NCBI GenBank assembly: GCA_947168625.1
Contig: CAMVMQ010000001.1
Location: 1 to 55,444 of the forward strand
Source of the DNA: an uncultured Bacillales bacterium
GTDB lineage: Bacteria; Bacillota_I; Bacilli_A; RF39; UBA660
Direction: 5' to 3'
DNA: 55,444 bases
Shown here in pieces: positions 1 through 8,159 of the stretch (its first letter is position 1; every line of letters starts with the position of its first letter). Below the pieces are notes generated by a model. The model was not told where the DNA came from, made no database searches, and saw nothing but the letters and a program-made list of their open reading frames with translations. A program made the position numbers and the translations under genes.

Positions 1-17
1 AGGGAGTGTGATACATA

Positions 18-338
18 GTGAATGGTTATTTAGTACCTGCTAATGCTAAGAAGGGTACACTTATATTTAATATTTTTAGACCTATTGATTTGATTATGTT
101 TGGTATTGGGGCTTTTGTGTCATTAATGTTATTTGTTGTTGTTAATTCTAATGATACTGTATTAATACTTATATCTTGTTTACCAGTTGCTATTACTGGA
201 CTATTGGTAGTTCCAATTCCTTATTATCATAATGTTTTATGTGCTATACAGAGTATATATAGGTTTTTTGCGGAAAGAAGAAATTATAAATGGAGAGGTT
301 GGTGTTTTTATGAAAAGCTCGACAAAGAAAAGAAATAG
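18..338 (+). CDS. PrgI-family / VirB3-like small T4SS membrane protein
   Basis: GTG start after an in-frame TAG at 15-17, with GGGAG at 2-6. The 106-aa product has two hydrophobic helices (IDLIMFGIGAFVSLMLFVVV and VLILISCLPVAITGLLVV). It overlaps the start of the VirB4 gene, which is the usual PrgI position. Confidence 0.5.
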   Translation: MNGYLVPANAKKGTLIFNIFRPIDLIMFGIGAFVSLMLFVVVNSNDTVLILISCLPVAITGLLVVPIPYYHNVLCAIQSIYRFFAERRNYKWRGWCFYEKLDKEKK

Positions 339-864
339 TGGTTATTCTGAAGATTGGATTCCAGTAAGTAATATTAATAATGGCTATATTATTCTTGATA
401 ACAAATATAAGGTTACTGGTGTTAAGATAAAGCCAAGAAATATATTTATTCTTGATCAGGCTACTCAAGATAATGTTATTGTGGCACTTAAGAATTTTTA
501 TAACACTATTGATTTTGAGTTTTGGCTTATTAGTGCTGATAGACCAGTTGATTTAAATGCTTATTTAGCCAGATTACAATTATTATATAATCAGAGTACT
601 AGTCCTGCTGTTAGAAAACTTATTAATCAGGATATCAATAAGGCAAATGATTTTATGAACAATAGCGTTACTGATACGGAATATTACATCTTATTTAAAG
701 AAAAGAATGACGATATTATTCAAAAAAGACTTAGAACTCTGATTACAGGTCTTGCTAATTCGGGTTTGGAGGCTGTTCAAACTTCTAATGATGATTTAAG
801 AGTAATATTAGACAATTTTCTTAATGGGGGAATGACTACTAATTTTAAGGTGGTGACTTCGTAA
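310..864 (+). CDS. VirB4-type conjugation ATPase, N-terminal fragment (split gene)
   Basis: The track ORF is 232-864. The ATG at 310 is preceded by GGAGAGG. The sequence IPVSNINNGYIILDNKYKVTGVKIKPRNIFILDQ...FWLISADRPVDL matches, from memory, the first ~200 aa of Tn916 Orf16 / PrgJ / TrsE-class VirB4 proteins. Its TAA stop overlaps the next ATG (TAATG). Confidence 0.55.
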   Translation: MKSSTKKRNSGYSEDWIPVSNINNGYIILDNKYKVTGVKIKPRNIFILDQATQDNVIVALKNFYNTIDFEFWLISADRPVDLNAYLARLQLLYNQSTSPAVRKLINQDINKANDFMNNSVTDTEYYILFKEKNDDIIQKRLRTLITGLANSGLEAVQTSNDDLRVILDNFLNGGMTTNFKVVTS

Positions 865-2648
865 TGAATTTTAAAAGTGAAATTGCTCCGAAAGGAATAC
901 AGTTTAATCCTTCTGATTTTGTTATAAGTGATAAGTATGCTACAATTTTAACGGTTATTTCTTATCCAAGATTTATTGGACCTGGATATTTATCTAATTT
1001 GACTAATATGTCTGGTGTCAAGCTTGTTATTAAACATATACCAGTTGAATTTAAAGTTTTATCTAAAATGCTTAATAAGGAAATATCTGATTTGAAAAGT
1101 AAATATCAGCTTGAGAAGGATAGAACTATTCAGGAAAGAATTAGACAAGATGTAGATTCACTTGAGTATTTTATACAGCAGTTTACTGCTTCGCAGGCTA
1201 AAACTTTTGATTTTCAAATGCATATTATGATTACAGCGGATACTAGGGAAGAACTTGAAATGAAAAAGGTTAATGTTAAAAATTACATGGATGCTATGGA
1301 ACTTAGAGCTATTCCTTTAAGATTTGAACAAGAAAGAGTATTTAAATCTATGCTTCCTATATTTGAAAAACAAGTGATAGAAGATAGAATTGGTACTCCA
1401 ATGCCATCTCCTACTATCGCCGCAATGTATCCTTTTATCTTTGATAGTATTAAAGATGATGGTTTATCAACTTTACTTGGTGTTGATTTTTCTGGTGGTG
1501 TTGTTTTATTTAATCAATTTTTGTATCAATTGAGAAAAGAAAATAATCGAAATAATGCTAATATGATTATACTTGGTACTTCTGGTAGTGGTAAGAGTAC
1601 TGCTGCTAAATTAATACTTAGAAGTCATATTAGAAATGGTTATCAGATAGTAGCGGTTGACCCTGAAGGCGAAATTAGTGAAATGACTAGGGCCTACGGA
1701 GGTGATGTTGTTGATCTTGGTAAAGGTGGAGAATTTGGTATGGTTAATCCACTTGAGGTTATTATGGATGCTGATGAAACTGAAATTCAAAATGGTCTTG
1801 GTTACACTGTTCTTAATAAAACTTTGCAATCATTAAAAGCTTTTATGAAGTATTATTCTCCTGATATTGAAGATGATGTTTTAACTTTATTTAGTGAGGT
1901 AGTACAAGATACTTATGCTAGATTTGGTATTACTTTTACTAGTGATTTCTCTAAATTTACATCAGCTGATTACCCTATATTTAGTGATGTTTATGTTACT
2001 GTTACAAGTAAACTTACATCTATGACAGAGAAAACTCATGAAAGAGATGTTATGGAAAGATTGGAATTAAAGCTTAGACCTTTAGTTAGAGAACTTCAAT
2101 ATTTCTTTAATGGAAAAACCTCTATTAATACTGAAAGCGATTATATCGTGTTTAATATTAAAGAACTTATGAATTCTGATGCTAATATTAGGAATGCATT
2201 ATTATTTAATGTTCTTAAATTTGCTTGGGGACTTTGTTTGAATCCTAGTGTTAATACTGTTTTGTCTGTTGATGAGGCCCATGTACTTCTTGGTGCAAGA
2301 AATGAACTTGGCGCTGAATTTCTTGCTCAAGTACAAAGAAGAGCTAGAAAGTATAATACTGGTACAATTATTATTACTCAGCAGCCTTCTGATTTTGTTG
2401 CTGATGGTATTTTAATGCATGGTAAGGCAATATTTGATAATGCTTCTTATTATCTTGCTATGGGATTAAAGAAACAATCAGTAGAAGATTTGGGAATGCT
2501 TATAGATTTAAATGATAATGAAAAAGAAGCTATTAAAAGATTTAGTCAAGGTGAGGCATTATTTGTATGTGGTAATAGAAGAATGCAAATTAATGTAATT
2601 GTTACTGAAGAGGAATTGGAATCATTTGGCGCTGGTGGTGGTTTATAA
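864..2648 (+). CDS. VirB4-type conjugation ATPase, central and C-terminal ATPase part
   Basis: 594 aa. Walker A GTSGSGKST, Walker B-like VLSVDEAH, and IIITQQPSDF typical of VirB4/TrsE/PrgJ. The N-terminus (APKGIQFNPSDFVISDKYATILTVISYP) continues the VirB4 alignment where the previous ORF stops. Confidence 0.8.
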   Translation: MNFKSEIAPKGIQFNPSDFVISDKYATILTVISYPRFIGPGYLSNLTNMSGVKLVIKHIPVEFKVLSKMLNKEISDLKSKYQLEKDRTIQERIRQDVDSLEYFIQQFTASQAKTFDFQMHIMITADTREELEMKKVNVKNYMDAMELRAIPLRFEQERVFKSMLPIFEKQVIEDRIGTPMPSPTIAAMYPFIFDSIKDDGLSTLLGVDFSGGVVLFNQFLYQLRKENNRNNANMIILGTSGSGKSTAAKLILRSHIRNGYQIVAVDPEGEISEMTRAYGGDVVDLGKGGEFGMVNPLEVIMDADETEIQNGLGYTVLNKTLQSLKAFMKYYSPDIEDDVLTLFSEVVQDTYARFGITFTSDFSKFTSADYPIFSDVYVTVTSKLTSMTEKTHERDVMERLELKLRPLVRELQYFFNGKTSINTESDYIVFNIKELMNSDANIRNALLFNVLKFAWGLCLNPSVNTVLSVDEAHVLLGARNELGAEFLAQVQRRARKYNTGTIIITQQPSDFVADGILMHGKAIFDNASYYLAMGLKKQSVEDLGMLIDLNDNEKEAIKRFSQGEALFVCGNRRMQINVIVTEEELESFGAGGGL

Positions 2649-2682
2649 TTATTAATAATTAGCGGAATAGGTGGTGGTAACT

Positions 2683-3864
2683 ATGGCAGATGAAAATAAT
2701 AGTGATGCACAAAAACATAGAAATATTCAAAATAATGCTAATAATATTAGAAATGCTGCGGAAGTTGCCATTGCTTCAAAAAATCCTTATGGAATGGCTA
2801 TAGGTGGAGCTATAAAAGCAGCAGATAAAATTAGTGGTGGTAAAAGTACGGAGAAACTCGGAAAAGCTATGAATACTGCGAGTAAAATATCACCTGTCGG
2901 AAGAAAAATTCAAAATTTTTCTAATAAATTAAGTGAAAGTGAAACTGGTGATAAACTTAATAAAGTTGTTGCAGAAAAAAATGGCATGTTTGGTAGTAAA
3001 AATGTCAATCAAAATAGTTCTAACACTGCTGCTTTAAATAATAATATTGATAATAATACTACTGGTAATTTGACCGATAATAGTAACCAAAATATTAATT
3101 CCAATAGAAATTTAAAAAAGAAACTTATTATAGTTGGTGTTGCTGCTCCTTTTGTATTTATCATCATTTTTATTGTTATATTATTTACTCCTCTTATTGT
3201 TTTGGGAATAATTGATATTGATGATGTAGGAAGTAATTCTTCAAATAGTTACACATATGGAGGTTATGTTTCTACTACTAATAATACTGGTTATTGGTGG
3301 CCAATTGGTAGTTTAGATGTTTCTATTGTTGATGGGAAACAATTTGCTACTGGTACTCCTAGTAGTGTTAAAATTAATGCTACTTTTGCTGGTGATGATT
3401 CAACGCATCAAGGTGCTCATGGGGCAATTGATATTGATGCTCCTGTTAATGGCGCCAATGTTATTGCAACAATGGATGGGGTTGTAATATATCCTGAGCA
3501 AGGTTCTCGAATTGATTATCCTAATGGATGGTATAATAGTCAAACTCATACTTGTTCAGGTGATGGTGGTGGCTTTGGTAACTATGTTAAGATTGATCAT
3601 GGAAATGGTATTGTGTCTATTTATGGGCATATGTATGCAAATACTATAACTGTTAGAGCAGGGGATACTGTAAAGCAGGGACAGGTTATTGGTAAAAGTG
3701 GTACATCCGGTTGTTCAACTGGTGGACATTTACATTTTGAGATGCGTCTTAATGGTACTAAAGTTGATCCATTAGATTATGTATCACCGACTGAACCAAG
3801 GAGAGTTGTTAAAACTGATAATACTACTGATAAAAATAGTACTAGGATGGAGATGGAAGAATGA
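2683..3864 (+). CDS. Membrane-anchored M23 (LytM-type) peptidase, conjugation-associated cell-wall hydrolase
   Basis: The ATG at 2683 lies inside track ORF 2671-3864. There is one TM helix (LIIVGVAAPFVFIIIFIVILFTPLIVLGII). The C-terminal M23 motifs are HGAIDIDAP, YVKIDHGNGIVSIYGHM and GGHLHFEM. It occupies the PrgK/Orf14 position. Confidence 0.8.
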   Translation: MADENNSDAQKHRNIQNNANNIRNAAEVAIASKNPYGMAIGGAIKAADKISGGKSTEKLGKAMNTASKISPVGRKIQNFSNKLSESETGDKLNKVVAEKNGMFGSKNVNQNSSNTAALNNNIDNNTTGNLTDNSNQNINSNRNLKKKLIIVGVAAPFVFIIIFIVILFTPLIVLGIIDIDDVGSNSSNSYTYGGYVSTTNNTGYWWPIGSLDVSIVDGKQFATGTPSSVKINATFAGDDSTHQGAHGAIDIDAPVNGANVIATMDGVVIYPEQGSRIDYPNGWYNSQTHTCSGDGGGFGNYVKIDHGNGIVSIYGHMYANTITVRAGDTVKQGQVIGKSGTSGCSTGGHLHFEMRLNGTKVDPLDYVSPTEPRRVVKTDNTTDKNSTRMEMEE

Positions 3865-4727
3865 AAAAGGATGATGTAAGAACTTTAATTGTCATTTTAA
3901 TTGTTTGCTCTATTCTGTCTATTATTTTCTTTATACTAAATTATAAGAGTAAATATGAAAAGTTGGAAGTTGTTAATGATTATCAAGAATTTTTCTCTGT
4001 TAGTGCTGATATTAATGAATTTATTGGTTATGTTGCTTCTGGTGATATTAATTCTGTGATTAGTGTATTAGACAAAAAATATATTGATTATAATAGTATT
4101 AATAATGATAATGTTATTGATTATATTGATGAGTATAGTTATAATGATTCATTTAAGGCTAAAAGCATTAAATATGTTAATGTTGGTAAAAATAAATTAT
4201 ATTATGCTAAGGGTATTCTTATTGAGAATAATATTGAAGGTAGTAAAGTAGTAAATGATGAATATCACGTTATTGTTTTAGTAGATAGTTCTAGTAATTG
4301 TTATTCTATTTATCCAATAGATGATAGTGATGCTAAAGGTATTATTAATGGTATTAAGAAGATTAATATCTCTAGTAGTAATTATAATAGTATTAAAACT
4401 ATTAATGAATTTGATGAAGTTGCTTTATGTAGATTATATTTTTCTGATTTTTATAGTTATATTATTAATGATATGGAAAAAGCTTATAGTCTTCTTAGTG
4501 ATAGTATGCTAAAGAAGTATCCTAGTTCTGGTGATTTTAATAAATTTATTAGAAGTAATGCTACTAAAATGACATCTATTACTAAGTTGTGTAGTATTAG
4601 TAATTTAAAGAAGGGTAAATTAATATCTGTTATTGATAATAATGATAATAATTATACTTTTAATGTAAAAAATATTATGGATTATGATGTTTCTATAGTA
4701 TTTAAAGAGACTGAAGCTAAAGAGTAG
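3861..4727 (+). CDS. N-terminally membrane-anchored conjugation-locus protein of unknown function, in the VirB8/PrgL/TcpC-like position
   Basis: ATGA overlap with the upstream hydrolase gene. One N-terminal TM helix (LIVILIVCSILSIIFFIL). The function is inferred only from synteny. Confidence 0.3.
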   Translation: MKKDDVRTLIVILIVCSILSIIFFILNYKSKYEKLEVVNDYQEFFSVSADINEFIGYVASGDINSVISVLDKKYIDYNSINNDNVIDYIDEYSYNDSFKAKSIKYVNVGKNKLYYAKGILIENNIEGSKVVNDEYHVIVLVDSSSNCYSIYPIDDSDAKGIINGIKKINISSSNYNSIKTINEFDEVALCRLYFSDFYSYIINDMEKAYSLLSDSMLKKYPSSGDFNKFIRSNATKMTSITKLCSISNLKKGKLISVIDNNDNNYTFNVKNIMDYDVSIVFKETEAKE

Positions 4728-4762
4728 GTTTCTTTTTCTATTTTTCTTTCACAAAATATTTG

Positions 4763-4791
4763 TTTACAATTCTAGGCATTGATGCTATAAT
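4763..4791 (+). promoter_or_regulatory. Sigma-A-type promoter internal to the conjugation module
   Basis: TTTACA at 4763-4768, 17-nt spacer, TGcTATAAT with TATAAT at 4786-4791. It lies upstream of GAGGTG and the TTG start at 4818. Confidence 0.55.
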
Positions 4792-4817
4792 ATTGTTAGT
4801 TTGTGAGGTGTTAACTG

Positions 4818-6950
4818 TTGAAGATTAAGGTTGAGAAAAAGGATTTAATTATTTTTATTGCTTTTTGTTTATTTTTATTATATTTATGTGCAATAGGAGT
4901 TCTTAATGTAGCCAATATATTTGCAACAGGTAAGTTTTATGGTCTTTTACCTTTTAGAGCTTTTACTGGTAGATATATTGGTAGTACCTTTTTTGTTTTT
5001 GCTATTTCTCTTGTTGGCTTGTTTATGGTAGTTAAATCTTATATTTTTGGTCATGAGAAAGGTGGACCTGGTATAAGTATTGGATCTAAAAAGGAAAAGG
5101 GATATTCTAGATGGGCTACGGATAGTGAATTTAAAAAGGGGTTAGTACCTGTTAATATTAAAGATGCGAAAATTGAGGCTGCTGGTATTCCTCTTATTAG
5201 TAAAAAAGGGAAGATGTGGGTTGATAATGGTGAAGATCATTATTTGGTTATGGGTGCTACTGGTAGTGGTAAGACGGTAATTGTGGCTAAACCAATGATT
5301 AAGCTTTTGTCTAAACATAATGAGTCGATGATTCTTACTGATCCTAAGGGTGAATTGTACGAAGAGACTGCTTCTTTGTTAAAAGAAGAAGGTTATAATA
5401 TTGTTACTTTAAATTTTAGGGATCCTGGACATGGTAATGCTTGGAATCCAATGAGTTTACCTTATAAATTATATAAGGAAGGTAATTCGGATAAGGCAAT
5501 AGAATTATTGGATGATTTGGCTTTAAATATTTTGTACGAAGAAAAGAGTAGTGGAGATCCTTTCTGGGAAAAGACGGCAGCGGATTATTTTACTGGTCTT
5601 GCTTTAGGGTTATTTGAGGATGCTACTCCTGAACAAGTTAATTTAAATAGTATTAACTTAATGTCTAGTTTGGGTGAAGAAAGATTTGGTGGACCTAATA
5701 ATAATTATATTAAAGAATATTTTAATGCTAAGGATCCATCTAAACCTGCATATATTAACGCTTCTGGTACTGTATTTACTGCTGATGAGACTAAGCAAGG
5801 TATCATTGCTACTTTTAAGCAAAAAATTAAATTGTTTTCTTCGCGTGAGAATTTATCAGAAATGCTTTCTCATAGTGATTTTGATATGCGTGAAATTGGT
5901 AGAAAGAAGACGGCTGTATTTTTAATTGTTCAAGATGAAAAAAAGACACTTCATCCTCTTGCTACTATATTTATTAAACAATGTTATGAAACACTTATTG
6001 ATGTTGCTCAAGAATCTGGCGGAAAACTTCCGTTTAGAACTAATTTTATTCTAGATGAGTTTGCTAATATGCCACCATTAAAAGATGTTACGACAATGGT
6101 AACAGCAGCTCGTAGTAGACTTATTAGATTTACCTTCATTATTCAGAACTTTGCTCAACTTACTCAAGTATATGGTAAAGAAAATGGTGATACTATTCGT
6201 GGTAACTGTAATTTAGTTTATTTAATTAGTAGTGAGATAGCAGCATTGGAAGAAATAAGTAAGATGTGTGGAGAGGTAAAATCTAAGGAAAAGGATAAAA
6301 CTGCTTCAACACCTCTGGTTACTGTAAGTGATTTGCAAAGATTAAATAAATTTGAAATTATTATTTTAAGAAGAAGATTATTTCCTTATAAGACAAGATT
6401 TCAAACTGATTTTGAAGTTGACTGGGGAAGAAGTTATTCTAAGGCTACTCCTCCTGAGAGAGAAAAGAAGCCTGTTGAATTGTTTGATATAAGGGAATTT
6501 GTTAAGGCTAAAAAACAGGAAAAAATGGCAAGTATGGAATCTTTTCAACCATCTAGTCCATTTGGAGGAAGTAATCCGTTTATAGGTGCTAGTCCATTTG
6601 GTGGTATGTCAATGAATGGTAATCCATTTGGAAGTAATCCATTTGGTGGATCTTCTACTGCTGATTTTATGAAAAATGAACCTTCTGATGGGGAAGATAG
6701 TTTTAATATTGATGATCTAGTTAAGAAGATTGATGCTAAAATAGCGGAGATTGAGAAGGAAGAAATCAAGGAGAAAGAGGAAATTAAAAATGAAGAGAAA
6801 CATTCAATTAATGATTTTATTCGTGATGATTCTATTGATGTTTCTGTTGATGATAAGAATAAAGCTAATAATGATAAAATTACTACTGTTTATGAAGATA
6901 GTACTGATGATGATGAATTTTTCGATGATTTTTTTAGCGACGTGGAATAA
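4818..6950 (+). CDS. Type IV coupling protein (VirD4/TraG/PcfC family) with a low-complexity C-terminal tail
   Basis: TTG start 8 nt after GAGGTG. Two N-terminal TM helices, Walker A GATGSGKT and Walker B-like FILDEFANM. IIQNFAQL...YG is typical of TraG/VirD4. The C-terminal ~190 aa are repeat-rich and acidic. Confidence 0.8.
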   Translation: MKIKVEKKDLIIFIAFCLFLLYLCAIGVLNVANIFATGKFYGLLPFRAFTGRYIGSTFFVFAISLVGLFMVVKSYIFGHEKGGPGISIGSKKEKGYSRWATDSEFKKGLVPVNIKDAKIEAAGIPLISKKGKMWVDNGEDHYLVMGATGSGKTVIVAKPMIKLLSKHNESMILTDPKGELYEETASLLKEEGYNIVTLNFRDPGHGNAWNPMSLPYKLYKEGNSDKAIELLDDLALNILYEEKSSGDPFWEKTAADYFTGLALGLFEDATPEQVNLNSINLMSSLGEERFGGPNNNYIKEYFNAKDPSKPAYINASGTVFTADETKQGIIATFKQKIKLFSSRENLSEMLSHSDFDMREIGRKKTAVFLIVQDEKKTLHPLATIFIKQCYETLIDVAQESGGKLPFRTNFILDEFANMPPLKDVTTMVTAARSRLIRFTFIIQNFAQLTQVYGKENGDTIRGNCNLVYLISSEIAALEEISKMCGEVKSKEKDKTASTPLVTVSDLQRLNKFEIIILRRRLFPYKTRFQTDFEVDWGRSYSKATPPEREKKPVELFDIREFVKAKKQEKMASMESFQPSSPFGGSNPFIGASPFGGMSMNGNPFGSNPFGGSSTADFMKNEPSDGEDSFNIDDLVKKIDAKIAEIEKEEIKEKEEIKNEEKHSINDFIRDDSIDVSVDDKNKANNDKITTVYEDSTDDDEFFDDFFSDVE
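6555..6650 (+). repeat. Five degenerate copies of RRTCCRTTTRG, encoding (S/N)PF(G/I) repeats inside the coupling-protein gene
   Basis: Copies start near 6555, 6572, 6591, 6621 and 6636. The peptide reads SSPFGGSNPFIGASPFGGMSMNGNPFGSNPFGG. Confidence 0.6.
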
Positions 6951-6979
6951 AAATGTAACCAAATTGGTTACATTTTTTG
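6950..6979 (+). terminator. Rho-independent terminator after the coupling-protein gene
   Basis: Arms AAAATGTAACC (6950-6960) and GGTTACATTTT (6966-6976), followed by a T-run. It starts at the stop codon. Confidence 0.7.
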
Positions 6980-7041
6980 TGTATTTGAACTTTTCCTTTT
7001 TATATATAATGTATATATTATATTAGAAGTATTTCTTATAT

Positions 7042-7338
7042 ATGAAAAGGAAGTTGATTAATATGGATACTGTTTCAATAGATGAAGTAAAAAGAATGGA
7101 TAATCCTATTATTGTCGATATAAGGGATAATTACTCTTATAGTATCTCTCATATTAAAAATGCTATTAATATTCCATATTATAATTTGATTAATAATTAT
7201 TCACACTATTTGGATAAGAATAAGAGATATTACTTATATTGTTCAGAAGGTAATCAGAGTTTAGAAATTAGTAAGAGACTTAATGCTTTTGGATATGATA
7301 CTAAATCTATTAGAGGTGGTTTTATTACTTTTAGATAA
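7042..7338 (+). CDS. Single-domain rhodanese (sulfurtransferase-like) protein
   Basis: Contains VDIRDNYSYSISHIKNAINIPY and the active-site loop YLYCSEGNQS. The true start may be the ATG at 7063, which follows AAGGAAG. Confidence 0.65.
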   Translation: MKRKLINMDTVSIDEVKRMDNPIIVDIRDNYSYSISHIKNAINIPYYNLINNYSHYLDKNKRYYLYCSEGNQSLEISKRLNAFGYDTKSIRGGFITFR

Positions 7339-7359
7339 TTACTTTGCATATAATTTATT

Positions 7360-8091
7360 ATGGGAATTATACTAAAAAAGAAAAAGAAAAGAAGGCTTTT
7401 ATTGTTTATTGTATTTTTTTTGATGATATCATTTTTATGTTCTATTTTTCTTGTTAATTATTATGCTAAAAAGATTTCTCCTTTTATTATTAATTATGCA
7501 ACCTCAGAAATAAGAAAACTTGAGTTGGTTATTATTAATAATTCCCTTAGAGAAATTAGTAATGACAATCTTTCTGATGAATTATTTACCGTTAGGTATA
7601 ATAGCAAGGGTGAAATTATATTAATTGATTTTGATTCTTCTAAATCATCTTTAGTATTAGAAAATATTACTAAAAAGATTGAATATAATTTAAAGGAATT
7701 TGATAATGGTAATATATTACTGCTTAAAGATTATTATAGTGATAGAGATTTTGGTAAACTTAAAAATGGTACAATAATGGAGGTTCCTTTGGGAATTGCT
7801 ATGCATAATAGTTTATTTAATAATCTGGGACCAAAGATACCTGTACGTATTTCTTTTGTTAGAAATGTTGAAGCTGGATTTACTACTGATGTTACTGAAT
7901 ATGGTATAAATAATGCTTTACTTAAATTAAATATTAATATTAAAATTGCTACTATTGTTATTCTTCCGATTATTAGTGATAATATGGAAATGGAATTTAA
8001 TTTACCTGTTTCAATGAAGGTTATTCAAGGAAATATACCAAGTTATTATATGGATGGATTTAGGACTAATTCTAATGTTAATGAAAGTTAA
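7360..8091 (+). CDS. yunB: Sporulation protein YunB
   Basis: N-terminal TM helix. LGPKIPVRISF...EYGINNALLKLNINIKI...VPVSMKVIQGNIPSYY matches B. subtilis YunB closely, from memory. Confidence 0.8.
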   Translation: MGIILKKKKKRRLLLFIVFFLMISFLCSIFLVNYYAKKISPFIINYATSEIRKLELVIINNSLREISNDNLSDELFTVRYNSKGEIILIDFDSSKSSLVLENITKKIEYNLKEFDNGNILLLKDYYSDRDFGKLKNGTIMEVPLGIAMHNSLFNNLGPKIPVRISFVRNVEAGFTTDVTEYGINNALLKLNINIKIATIVILPIISDNMEMEFNLPVSMKVIQGNIPSYYMDGFRTNSNVNES

Positions 8092-8159
8092 TCTATTTAG
8101 TTCTTTTTCTTTACTTTTTTGACTTATTATGTGATAATAATTTTAGAGATGGTGATGTA

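Larger units (their letters stand above)
1..6979 (+). mobile_element. Partial conjugative element (ICE or integrated plasmid): type IV secretion / coupling-protein module, truncated by the window edge
   Basis: The gene order is small PrgI-like membrane protein, VirB4 ATPase, cell-wall hydrolase, membrane-anchored protein, VirD4/TraG coupling protein. This is typical of Firmicute conjugation loci such as pCF10 prgI-J-K-L...pcfC and the Tn916 orf16-13 class. It ends at a strong terminator just before sporulation and housekeeping genes. No relaxase or integrase is visible in the window. Confidence 0.6.

Noticed and set aside
6980-7041. AT-only quasi-palindrome ATATAATGTATATATTATAT (about 7003-7022), considered as the att site or end of the conjugative element.
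   Set aside because: No matching repeat can be sought because the other end of the element is outside the window. Such AT palindromes occur by chance here. The boundary is only inferred from gene content.
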